A stretch of DNA of 62,839 nucleotides from a virus (lineage: Duplodnaviria; Caudoviricetes), in IMG/VR virus record IMGVR_UViG_3300044844_000500, positions 1 through 62,839 of that record; one strand, 5' to 3'. This document shows, one piece after another, positions 1 through 7,943 of this stretch; the first letter of the stretch is position 1, and every line of letters starts with the position of its first letter. Position numbers and translations under genes: made by a program. The notes under the pieces were generated by a model, which made no database searches, was not told where the DNA came from, and saw only the letters and a program-made list of their open reading frames with translations.

Positions 1-423
1 TGACCGTAGAACATCGTTTTTCTCCTTTAGCTTTGCTTCGATAGCGCGGGCAAAGGAATGCACTGGTCGGAAATAGTCTGCTGGAGACGCGTTTGCTATT
101 TCACTGATCTCTTCATCCGTCAGCCCGACCCATTGGCGCGGTGCTGTGGGTTGTGCGGTGTAGCCAGATTTTGGATGCAATATTGCGGAAAGCAATCTGT
201 TAGCAAACTGTTTTTCATCCTCTGACTCTGGGTACACCAAGCATTCATCGATGATCCATGCAAGCAAGCGTTTAATGTTATCGCCCACCGGCTCCTGCTT
301 CTCAGCCTGATCGATGGCAGCGCGGAGGGCGGTGTGAAGCGCATCGCGTGTTGCAATCTGTGTCGGGTGAACTTTCACGCTATCAATAAACTCCAGCGCT
401 TGTTTCATAGCTGCAATGCTCAC
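1..423 (-). CDS. Modular accessory protein (MSIAAMKQALE...KQEPV...PRQWVGLTDEEI...FARAIEAKLKEKN); runs off the window edge
   Basis: Hand-translated; GTG start overlaps the upstream TGA; paralogous to 62220..62600 and 61982..62239. Confidence 0.8.
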   Translation of the reverse strand, partial: MSIAAMKQALEFIDSVKVHPTQIATRDALHTALRAAIDQAEKQEPVGDNIKRLLAWIIDECLVYPESEDEKQFANRLLSAILHPKSGYTAQPTAPRQWVGLTDEEISEIANASPADYFRPVHSFARAIEAKLKEKNDVLRS

Positions 424-554
424 AATATCCCCCTGCCAGTAAGCACCCACATAAACGGGAATGCAATCAATCGAACCAGTCGCCCCATGACGCTTGAGTT
501 CTTGCTCGTGTTGAACTCGATGACTTGCTCTGTGTAGTCTGTTTGGTTGTTCAT
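420..554 (-). CDS. 44-aa small protein with hydrophobic C-terminus
   Basis: Hand-translated MNNQTDYTEQ...LIAFPFMWVLTGRGIL; ATGA/GTGA coupled on both sides. Confidence 0.65.
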   Translation of the reverse strand: MNNQTDYTEQVIEFNTSKNSSVMGRLVRLIAFPFMWVLTGRGIL

Positions 555-802
555 TCCACCCTCTCATACGTTGCTTCAAAGATGTCGGGCTTGCAGGGGT
601 AGTTTTCGTTTTTAACCCCGGTGATGATCCAGTCTCCGGGGGTGACGATGTGACCGCCCTCAAGGGTCTGCACCCATCCGTGATAACCAAGCCGGTATCC
701 GCTCGGCAGTCCATCCAATGGCACTTTCAAGACCGCTGGGTGATCGCCGTCCTTCAACCACTGCGTAGCCTCGATGACCACGGGCTTCTTTCTGAACTTC
801 AT
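551..802 (-). CDS. PGDYG/PGDWI-type phage protein
   Basis: RKKPVVIEA...TLEG...PGDWII...YPCKPDIF..TYE signature. Confidence 0.8.
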   Translation of the reverse strand: MKFRKKPVVIEATQWLKDGDHPAVLKVPLDGLPSGYRLGYHGWVQTLEGGHIVTPGDWIITGVKNENYPCKPDIFEATYERVE

Positions 803-1050
803 TTCTCACCTCTTGCTCGGATAGAAGCAGCTATGCGTTGACGCTCAGATTGCAGTATCTCTAGCGTTCTGGTTTGTACAGCCTCTCCTGTTCCATGTAG
901 CGCTAACTGAGCGCATGCCTCTCGTTCTGCTTCAACTGCGGCGTTAACCACCTTCTGTACTGCTTCTTCCGCTGCGGCCAGAGCGTCGGCCACGCCCCTG
1001 TCGTAGCTCTCCATGAGCATGTTGGTTATTTGTTTGTTCAGGTCAGTCAT
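799..1050 (-). CDS. EREACA-family small protein
   Basis: AEREACA...IRARG; ATG 1050 overlaps upstream stop. Confidence 0.75.
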   Translation of the reverse strand: MTDLNKQITNMLMESYDRGVADALAAAEEAVQKVVNAAVEAEREACAQLALHGTGEAVQTRTLEILQSERQRIAASIRARGEK

Positions 1051-1349
1051 GCTTGCCCCCTTGCTCGGATGGCGGCGGCACATTCTTCTGCTTGGTTGTA
1101 GGGTGTTCCGTCATTGATGCTTTCACACAACTTCGCACACGCCTCGCGCTCGGCAAACTGCCCCGCCTCATACGCCTCCTGATAGGACATAAACTTGCTT
1201 GGGTCAATGTTGGAAAGCGTATGAGCGGCGACAAGGGCGGCGAAGCGTTCAAGCCTTTTCTCAATCATGCGGCCAGTGCTCGGTGTGCGGGGTGACCCGC
1301 TGTAAAGCCCCGCCTCTCTCGCCATGCGGATGATGTCTTCGTTGGTCAT
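1047..1349 (-). CDS. EREACA-family small protein
   Basis: MTNEDIIRMAREAG...LERFAALVAA...AEREACAKLCE...AAAIRARG; ATG 1349. Confidence 0.8.
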   Translation of the reverse strand: MTNEDIIRMAREAGLYSGSPRTPSTGRMIEKRLERFAALVAAHTLSNIDPSKFMSYQEAYEAGQFAEREACAKLCESINDGTPYNQAEECAAAIRARGQA

Positions 1350-2035
1350 ATCGTCTCCGGCGCAAAGGCCTTCTCGTTGATCTTGTAGTCGTGGAACACC
1401 GCGCCGCGCGTTTTGTCCCCGACCTCGCAGTTCTTCACCCACACCTGCTTGCCAGACTTGAGCGTGCGCCAATGCCCACGGCGCTCGTGCCAGCGTGGGC
1501 TCGCGTGCGTGCCACCTTGGTCCTCGGACCGTGGTCTGCGCGGCTCGATCACCACCGTGGTCCAGTCGTAGGACGGGACCTTGCCCTGGCGGATTTTCTT
1601 GGCCCAGTTCGCGCGCTTGAGTGGTGTGTAGCCCGTGGCGGGGGCCACGTCCAAGGACTCAAGGAACGCGCAGATGAAGGCCAGCACGCCGGTGGCGGGA
1701 CTGGTGCGGTAGTCGAACTGGGTGCCGTCTTCGTGCCGCACCTTGACACCGTCGGGTGTGACGATGAAGGTGAACGGCACGGTCGGGTGGTAGGACTTGC
1801 CGTGGAACTGCCAGCCCACCACCGCAGTCACCGTGCCCACACGGTTGGCCAGGATCAGCACCTTCTTGCCCTCGTACCCGCACACCAGCGCGGTCTTTGG
1901 GAAGGGCAGCGGCCGCTCCAGGAGCTCGCCACTGATGTGCTGCTCGTGGCGGTAGACAGCGGTCATGTCGAACCACTGGTAGTTGATGGCCTCTTCGGGT
2001 TCGAGGCTCACCATCTCCTGGATCAGCGGGCTCAT
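1346..2035 (-). CDS. Hypothetical phage protein with C-terminal THASPRxHxRRGHWR motif
   Basis: 229-aa ORF, coupled; motif common in phage proteins of unknown function. Confidence 0.8.
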   Translation of the reverse strand: MSPLIQEMVSLEPEEAINYQWFDMTAVYRHEQHISGELLERPLPFPKTALVCGYEGKKVLILANRVGTVTAVVGWQFHGKSYHPTVPFTFIVTPDGVKVRHEDGTQFDYRTSPATGVLAFICAFLESLDVAPATGYTPLKRANWAKKIRQGKVPSYDWTTVVIEPRRPRSEDQGGTHASPRWHERRGHWRTLKSGKQVWVKNCEVGDKTRGAVFHDYKINEKAFAPETI

Positions 2036-2280
2036 TGGTCCCTCGCTTTCAGCATGGCGTCGGCATAGGTGTAGGCGCTTTCACAGATGCCCGCCTTGTG
2101 CTTGGCCATCAGCTCTTCTGGCGTTCCGTGGTGCGTCCCATCCTCAAGAACTGCTCGAATGAGCACCTCAGTCTTTTCAATCAGGGCCTGCATCGCCTTC
2201 GCCGCGAAGTAATCACGCAGAGTCATGCCTTGATAAGCCGTGCCCGTTGGAAACGCTGGGCCACCTGTTGGTTTATTCAT
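2032..2280 (-). CDS. GGPAFP...GMTLRDYFAAKAM family small protein
   Basis: Recognisable widespread phage motif. Confidence 0.8.
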   Translation of the reverse strand: MNKPTGGPAFPTGTAYQGMTLRDYFAAKAMQALIEKTEVLIRAVLEDGTHHGTPEELMAKHKAGICESAYTYADAMLKARDQ

Positions 2281-2283
2281 CTC

Positions 2284-2523
2284 TCACCTCTGCTTAAACC
2301 CAAGACGCCGCATACCCAACTCGATCAGCATCGCAGCGTCCTCAAGACTGTTTTGACTGCTGCTCATACCTGTCTGCCACTCACCGCCAATTCGTTTGCC
2401 GACCAGACCGACCGTGACGATCTGCCCGTCCTTAGCTTCCTCTAACCACTTCTCAAGCATTGCAATAGCGTCGGCGTTGTCGGGGGTCGTTGCTTTCAAG
2501 AATGGTTTGATGTTGTCGGTCAT
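2284..2523 (-). CDS. Hypothetical protein
   Basis: 79-aa coupled ORF. Confidence 0.7.
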   Translation of the reverse strand: MTDNIKPFLKATTPDNADAIAMLEKWLEEAKDGQIVTVGLVGKRIGGEWQTGMSSSQNSLEDAAMLIELGMRRLGFKQR

Positions 2524-2717
2524 TTCTCACTCCTTTCGCGAATAGCTTTCGCAAACATCACCCCGTAAAAGGGCTCTGTTTCTTCACACAACTCAGCACA
2601 CGCCTCACGCTCTGCTGCAGCGACAAGGGCGGCGAAGCGTCGCAGTGACCCGTTGTCTCCATCAAAGCCTACGAATCCAGCTTCCCTAGCCATGCGGGTG
2701 ATGTCGTCCTTGGTCAT
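2520..2717 (-). CDS. EREACA-family small protein
   Basis: MTKDDITRMAREAG...RFAALVAAAEREACAELCE. Confidence 0.8.
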   Translation of the reverse strand: MTKDDITRMAREAGFVGFDGDNGSLRRFAALVAAAEREACAELCEETEPFYGVMFAKAIRERSEK

Positions 2718-2887
2718 CTCGTCTCTCCTTTTACTTTAGGCCCTGGCTTTTTTGGTTCGTACTTCAAACCACGCTCCATGATGATTTCCATCGTCTTCCA
2801 CCGTTCACCGCACTGGCAGGCGTAGTATCTGAAATCGCCCTTGACGGTTCGATGGCGCACGTCCGCCGTACATGCAGGGCACATCAT
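2714..2887 (-). CDS. 57-aa zinc-ribbon protein
   Basis: Hand-translated MMCPAC...RYYACQCGERWKTMEI; ATGA overlaps at both ends. Confidence 0.7.
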   Translation of the reverse strand: MMCPACTADVRHRTVKGDFRYYACQCGERWKTMEIIMERGLKYEPKKPGPKVKGETR

Positions 2888-3099
2888 TTCCGCCTCCTGA
2901 TCGCCGCTGCGATAACGAGGCTGCCATAACCCTCTTGCCCCAGGTCCTCGGTCAATGCAGCGCAGGCCTTGCGCTCTGCTGTCCGGCCTGCCTCAAAGGC
3001 CTCTTGCCAGTATTTCTCCAGGCCCTGTGCACTGAAGATCCAGCCTGCTGTCAGCGCGCCGTGGTTCTCGGCCCGTGAAAGGATTTCATCTCGCGTCAT
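2884..3099 (-). CDS. EREACA-family small protein (divergent)
   Basis: MTRDEI...AERKACA...IAAAIRRR. Confidence 0.75.
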   Translation of the reverse strand: MTRDEILSRAENHGALTAGWIFSAQGLEKYWQEAFEAGRTAERKACAALTEDLGQEGYGSLVIAAAIRRRK

Positions 3100-3323
3100 G
3101 TCGTCTCCTTTGGTTTGTAGGTGGGCTCAATCAACGCGCGGATCTCCGGTGGGATCTTGGGCAGTGGATACCAGCCCACGAACCACGTGTCCTTGCCATC
3201 CCACCAGCCTGTGCTGGCAATGCCGGCTTGATTGAGCAGGAGCACCTTCGGGCCTGTGGGGCAGGTCTCCATCGGCCGATAAACCAGCGTCGGGTCCGTG
3301 ATGGCGTCTTGGTTGGTGGTCAT
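3096..3323 (-). CDS. DUF551-like small protein
   Basis: RPMETCP...VLLL...GWYPLP; ATG 3323. Confidence 0.65.
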   Translation of the reverse strand: MTTNQDAITDPTLVYRPMETCPTGPKVLLLNQAGIASTGWWDGKDTWFVGWYPLPKIPPEIRALIEPTYKPKETT

Positions 3324-3634
3324 CCTTGTTCCTCGTTCCGTAGTTCTCGGGCCAGGAACCGAAGTTCCACGATCCGCGCGCACTCACGCAGTTTGCTCAC
3401 ATTCGTGCGCTTCATGACTTCGATCGCAATCGCGATGAACGTCTCAAGCTCGGCGCGTTCATCGTCGCCCCATCCAACGAGCTCGGCCACGCACTCTTGC
3501 AGGCGCTGGTCCTTGAGCCGTGAGACTCGATCGACGACGTACTCGAGGTCGTCGCGATCGAGGGCGGCTCGTTGTTGAAGCAGTGCTTGCATACGCTTGG
3601 CCTGTTCAGCAACGAAGCTGTGGTCCGGCTTCAC
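3320..3634 (-). CDS. Hypothetical protein
   Basis: 104-aa coupled ORF. Confidence 0.65.
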   Translation of the reverse strand: MKPDHSFVAEQAKRMQALLQQRAALDRDDLEYVVDRVSRLKDQRLQECVAELVGWGDDERAELETFIAIAIEVMKRTNVSKLRECARIVELRFLARELRNEEQG

Positions 3635-3846
3635 GCGCCGCCTTTGCGCTTGGCGGGCACGACGAAGGACTGCAAGGGGACGCTGGGATCGCCGGGCTCG
3701 TCGTAGAAGTTCCTTTTGTGTAGGTCTGCGGGCAGCAGGAAGTGGTTGGGATAGATCTGTCGGACCCTGTTAATGGCGTCGTCAAGATCTTTGTTGGGCT
3801 TGGCGTAGTCCTTGGTCCGTGGGACGTTGCGCAGTTCATCAAACAT
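3631..3846 (-). CDS. Hypothetical protein
   Basis: ATG 3846 (MFDELRN) overlaps upstream ORF end. Confidence 0.6.
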   Translation of the reverse strand: MFDELRNVPRTKDYAKPNKDLDDAINRVRQIYPNHFLLPADLHKRNFYDEPGDPSVPLQSFVVPAKRKGGA

Positions 3847-4126
3847 CGTTTTTCCCCGAGAAGAAGCGCTTGATGCGTTGCCAGAGGATCCGGCGAACGG
3901 AAAGGTTGGAAAGACGGCGATGGAGTTCGGCGTTCTCAAGCTCCAGCGCGGTGGTGTGCTTGGAAAGGAGGGCATAGGCGTGCTCGTACTCCGCGCGGAT
4001 AAGCCCGCGTTCGGCCTCTAGTAGAGCGTCGCACTGGTGTTCAAGTTCCAGTATCGTTTGAGCGCGTATCTTCTCCGTCAGCTCTGCGAAGGTGGGGCGG
4101 GGTCGGGCGGTGCGTCTTTTGTTCAC
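3839..4126 (-). CDS. Hypothetical coiled-coil protein
   Basis: 95-aa coupled ORF. Confidence 0.6.
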   Translation of the reverse strand: MNKRRTARPRPTFAELTEKIRAQTILELEHQCDALLEAERGLIRAEYEHAYALLSKHTTALELENAELHRRLSNLSVRRILWQRIKRFFSGKNDV

Positions 4127-4338
4127 AGCAGTTCCTCGATGGTTATTTTGACTCGGGTGATGGTGGGGCTTGGAAGGCGTTTGCCGCCAAGCAGGTCGTA
4201 GTACTTGAGATAGGTCTCGGCGTCACGCTTGGTTTTCCAAATGCCGTAGGGCACCAAGGCGTCGTCGTCGCCTGTCTTGACCACTCCGGCATTGGATGTC
4301 TGGATGATCCAGCCCCATTTGACGATGCGCGTGGTCAT
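4123..4338 (-). CDS. Hypothetical protein
   Basis: 71-aa ORF in operon. Confidence 0.6.
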   Translation of the reverse strand: MTTRIVKWGWIIQTSNAGVVKTGDDDALVPYGIWKTKRDAETYLKYYDLLGGKRLPSPTITRVKITIEELL

Positions 4339-4343
4339 GGCGA

Positions 4344-4541
4344 TTAAATGTGGACGGGCATTGAGGGCTCTTCGTCGCTGCCCCGGCCGATGAACTTGGA
4401 GAAAAGTTCGATGGCGATATCGCCGTGGGTGGTGTGGACAATGAGGCGGCGAAAGCAGTAGGACTGGCTTTCAGTGATGCTCTGGGGTTCCACGGTGATG
4501 TGGGTGACGTCGTGAACTTGGAAGGCGCTGATGGTGGACAT
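4344..4541 (-). CDS. Hypothetical protein
   Basis: ATG 4541 preceded by AGAAAGGAGAA SD. Confidence 0.65.
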   Translation of the reverse strand: MSTISAFQVHDVTHITVEPQSITESQSYCFRRLIVHTTHGDIAIELFSKFIGRGSDEEPSMPVHI

Positions 4542-4624
4542 GGTTTCTCCTTTCTGAGAGGTGGGTATAGTGCAGGAACCTTGGCCGGGCGCGATGTTCA
4601 TCCACACCCAGGCGTTGTTGGGGA

Positions 4625-4819
4625 TCACAGGAAGTTCCATAAAGACCTACGGGGCTTGGGCAAAAGGCTGCGTTGAATGATCCTCTCATCGCGCGACATG
4701 GCCGGCGGTGGGCGCTGATAGAGAATGCCAATGCGGACCTTGCCCGTGTTGTAGAAGAAGGTCTCGCGCGGGGACGGGACGATTTCAATCTTGCCGGTCT
4801 GCGGGTTCTTGACGAGCAT
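4625..4819 (-). CDS. Hypothetical protein (YNTGKVxIGxxY motif)
   Basis: 64-aa ORF in operon. Confidence 0.6.
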   Translation of the reverse strand: MLVKNPQTGKIEIVPSPRETFFYNTGKVRIGILYQRPPPAMSRDERIIQRSLLPKPRRSLWNFL

Positions 4820-4821
4820 GA

Positions 4822-5007
4822 TCAGAACCTCGCCTCTGGAACGTCGGACAGGTCCGGGGTCCGGGAAGATTTTTTCTCGGAACGAAGGAACTCCTTGCGC
4901 TGCGCGGGCGTGAGCCGCTCAAGCGGAGGGACGAACCGCTCACCATCCCATGTGGCAAAGGGCCATATGACGGCAGGTAGCTCGACAGGGGCGGACTTCT
5001 TGGACAT
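4822..5007 (-). CDS. Hypothetical protein
   Basis: GAAAGGAGAA SD upstream. Confidence 0.6.
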   Translation of the reverse strand: MSKKSAPVELPAVIWPFATWDGERFVPPLERLTPAQRKEFLRSEKKSSRTPDLSDVPEARF

Positions 5008-5043
5008 CGCGTTCTCCTTTCTGGTTGCGACTAAGACTTGCGT

Positions 5044-5217
5044 CTAGGATTTGGATCTTAACACTTCCAATTCACGTGTCAAGGCCTCATTGCGAAGTTC
5101 TGATTGAGTCCACGCAAGCTTCCATTGCCGGGACTCCTCGAGCTTGTCGGCGCAGGCGGCCAGGAACTCAGCGTGCTCTGGATAGCGGCTGCCAAGAGAG
5201 CGTAGTTCGTCACTCAT
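5044..5217 (-). CDS. Hypothetical protein
   Basis: ATG 5217 (MSDELRS). Confidence 0.55.
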   Translation of the reverse strand: MSDELRSLGSRYPEHAEFLAACADKLEESRQWKLAWTQSELRNEALTRELEVLRSKS

Positions 5218-5461
5218 TTTCACTGTATGCCTCGATGATTTCATCTTCTAAGAGTATGCGCAGGTCGTCGTCGATGCCTTGTGTGATATCAATCGTCCGG
5301 GGCTTGCCGCTCGGGCCGGTGACCGTGAGCATGACGCGTGTGATATCGACCATCGGAGGCATCATCGTACCGTTGATTTCCAGCGATGGCCAGACCTCAA
5401 AAGTGAGTTCGACGGGGAGCTTTAGCTCCGTCTTGTAGTACATCTTCGTTAGCTTTTCCAT
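5210..5461 (-). CDS. Hypothetical acidic protein
   Basis: MEKLTKMYYKTE... with GAAGGA SD. Confidence 0.55.
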   Translation of the reverse strand: MEKLTKMYYKTELKLPVELTFEVWPSLEINGTMMPPMVDITRVMLTVTGPSGKPRTIDITQGIDDDLRILLEDEIIEAYSENE

Positions 5462-5978
5462 CTGCACTTTCCTTCTGTCGGTTGGCTTCAATGCGTGCGA
5501 GGAGGGCGGACTCTTCCGAGGCCCTTGCAAACGCCTCGTCGACGAGTTTGGATATGACCTGTGAGATCGGCATTTCGTAAAAGAGAGACATCTCTTTGAG
5601 CTGCGCGTGGGCGAGCTCTGGAACGCTGACCGTGTGCCATCGTGCGCCGGGGCGCGTGGACGGTGACAAGCGGTACGGGTCCTCGCGCCACTTTTTCTTT
5701 GGCCCAATCTTGCGTGGGCGGCCGCGCTTTTTAGGCTTGGGCGGCTTGGGGGGTTTCTTTAAGTGGTCCAATCCGTTAGCTCCTAGACGATCTTTGAATT
5801 TGTACTTCTTGGGTTCAACCTCCTTGGGGAGGTTCATCCAATGTTCAATCACCCAGTCTTCTGGGACGCGATAGCCGTTGACGACCTCTCGTGGGACGTA
5901 AACGATTTCAAGGGGCCGTGGACCGCGCTTGTACTTAGGCGGGATCGGGGGCTGCTTGATGACATATCGCTTTTTCAC
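5397..5978 (-). CDS. Basic putative DNA-binding protein (AT-hook-like KKRGRPRK, ribbon-helix-helix-like C-terminal part)
   Basis: GTG 5978 after purine-rich SD; KRGRPRK motif. Confidence 0.6.
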   Translation of the reverse strand: MKKRYVIKQPPIPPKYKRGPRPLEIVYVPREVVNGYRVPEDWVIEHWMNLPKEVEPKKYKFKDRLGANGLDHLKKPPKPPKPKKRGRPRKIGPKKKWREDPYRLSPSTRPGARWHTVSVPELAHAQLKEMSLFYEMPISQVISKLVDEAFARASEESALLARIEANRQKESADGKANEDVLQDGAKAPRRTHF

Positions 5979-5996
5979 AAGCTTTCTTTCTTTCTG

Positions 5997-6024
5997 AAAA
6001 AGGGCCGGGAAGTGATCCCGGCCC
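5997..6024 (-). terminator. Intrinsic terminator after DNA polymerase
   Basis: 9-bp stem GGGCCGGGA/TCCCGGCCC followed by T5 on the minus strand. Confidence 0.75.
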
Positions 6025-6062
6025 AACCATCACCACAAGGAGACAACGGAAACCAGCATCCA

Positions 6063-7943
6063 TTATGCCGCCTCTCCCCAAGAAGGTCCAGTCTCCACGT
6101 CCACGCGTGAGGGTACTTCCAGGCTCACCGCCTTGGTCATGATGTCCGCCGCTTCGCGGGCCTCGTCCCGTGAGCCGACCGACACGGCCAGCTCGTCGTG
6201 GACCTGGAGCAAAAGCTTAAAGCCCGCCTTGTGAAGCGCGACCATGGCAGCCTTGGTCTGATCCGCTGCCGAGCCTTGGATGAGGCGATTGAGGCCCTTA
6301 TAGGTGCCGGCGCGCTTAATCCGTTGTCCGTAGGCCATGATCGCCTGCTCGTACGGGAGCGCCTTGTTCACGCCGTACTGCACGGGCTCCCAGAGCGGGA
6401 AGCGGCACTTGCGGCCGAGCAGGGTGCGGATCGCGCCACCGGAGGCCGGGTGCTCGATGCGGCGCATGACCGCGTCCACCGTACCGCGCAGGAAAGGGAC
6501 TTTGGCGTGGAAGGTTGCGATGAGCTCGCTCGCCTCTTCCAAAGGCAGATCCAGGCTGTTGGCAAGCTTTTGCTTACCCATGCCGTACATAAGCCCCAGG
6601 CCGATGGTCTTGGCGGCCTTGCGTTTGATGCCGGCCATGTCCGCGACCATTTGGTGGAAGTCGGTATTGGGGTCGGAGCGATAGGCATCGGCCATCTTCT
6701 CAGCGCCGGGAAGACCGAGTAAGGTGGCGTAGTGCACCAGCAGCCTCGGCTCCTGTGAGGAGAAGTCATTTGCCGCCCAGATCTGGTCCTCCTCCGGCAG
6801 GAATAGACTGCGCACCATCGGGCCGATGATCTCGTGCCGACTCGGAACCTGCTGGAGGTTGGGGTTGGCAGCCGACAGGCGGCCGGTGACCGTGCCACCG
6901 TCCTCGTTTCGCATCTGATTAAAGTGCGTGTGGATGCGGCCGTCGCGTCGAGCGTGCTCCAGGTAAGGTGTCAAGAACGTGCCGTGGGTCTTGTTCAGTT
7001 CTCGCGCCTCCACGATCATCTTGGCCATCGGATGGTCGTGACTGTCCAAAAAGCTCTTGGTGAAGCTTGGTGCCCCTTGAGCCGTGCGCGGGTATTCGAT
7101 GCCCAGTCTGTCAAACGCCTTGGCAATGCTTGCCGCCGCCCAGATATCGACCTGCTCTCCGGCCTGCTCTTTGAGCGTTTGCAGGATCTGTTTTTCTTGT
7201 TGCCGCAGATTGTGGACAAGGCGGTCACATTTTGTGTGATCGAAACGGATGCCTCGATAGGTAACGTCAATGAGGATGGGCAGCAGTTCCGTCTCTAGGT
7301 TGAAGATGGATTCGACGTCCTCAGAGCGAAGGAGGGACTTGAGGTGATGCCAGAGCTTGAGCGTGAGCGCTGCGTCCTGCTCGGCGTACTCGCCCACGTG
7401 CATGGCCGGCAGCTTCCACAGCTCCTTTTTGGCATGCACACCAAAGTCCTGTGCGGCCTCCTTCAGCCCCTGCTCAGACTTCACCTCCTTGAGGTAATCA
7501 AAGCCCAGGCTGTTGAGCGCGTAGCTGAAGCGGTTCTCGTCTAACAGAGGCGCGGCGAGCATCGTGTCGATGATGCGGCCGTTGACCGTGAAGCCCGATG
7601 CTCGAAGCCAGCCTATGTCGTAGGCGGCGTTGTGGCAGATTTTGTCAGCCGGCGTCGCAAGGACATCGGCCACCCATCGCTCCACAATCCGACGATCAAG
7701 GTTACCGCCGCCGCCATGAGCAACAGGAAAATAGCCTGCCCATCCGTCAACGGCAACAGCGTACCCAACAATGTAGCCGTCACGACGAGGCCAGCCTGGG
7801 CCCATGGATTCCATGTTGGGGTCGCAGGTTTCGAGGTCAATTGCAATCTCCGTGGCTGTGGATAGGTTGGGGAAAGACTGTGGAGGGATCCACTCCGACT
7901 GTCGCGGAAAGAGAGATAGGGTATTAAAGTCGCGTTTGGTCAC
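6063..7943 (-). CDS. polA: DNA polymerase, family A, with 3'-5' exonuclease
   Basis: Exo motifs DLET, HNAAYD, YAEQD; TGRLS..NPNLQQ; motif A DFSSQEPR; motif B KTIGLGLMYG; motif C QVHDEL. Confidence 0.97.
   Translation of the reverse strand: MTKRDFNTLSLFPRQSEWIPPQSFPNLSTATEIAIDLETCDPNMESMGPGWPRRDGYIVGYAVAVDGWAGYFPVAHGGGGNLDRRIVERWVADVLATPADKICHNAAYDIGWLRASGFTVNGRIIDTMLAAPLLDENRFSYALNSLGFDYLKEVKSEQGLKEAAQDFGVHAKKELWKLPAMHVGEYAEQDAALTLKLWHHLKSLLRSEDVESIFNLETELLPILIDVTYRGIRFDHTKCDRLVHNLRQQEKQILQTLKEQAGEQVDIWAAASIAKAFDRLGIEYPRTAQGAPSFTKSFLDSHDHPMAKMIVEARELNKTHGTFLTPYLEHARRDGRIHTHFNQMRNEDGGTVTGRLSAANPNLQQVPSRHEIIGPMVRSLFLPEEDQIWAANDFSSQEPRLLVHYATLLGLPGAEKMADAYRSDPNTDFHQMVADMAGIKRKAAKTIGLGLMYGMGKQKLANSLDLPLEEASELIATFHAKVPFLRGTVDAVMRRIEHPASGGAIRTLLGRKCRFPLWEPVQYGVNKALPYEQAIMAYGQRIKRAGTYKGLNRLIQGSAADQTKAAMVALHKAGFKLLLQVHDELAVSVGSRDEAREAADIMTKAVSLEVPSRVDVETGPSWGEAA

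Noticed and set aside
1-36. Match to 62226-62261 as a terminal direct repeat
   Set aside because: The second copy is about 600 bp inside the end, has a mismatch, and is explained by paralogous genes.
37-125. Equal-length variable segment versus 62262-62350 as a DGR template/variable repeat pair
   Set aside because: Differences are not adenine-specific, divergence is too high, and no reverse transcriptase was recognised.
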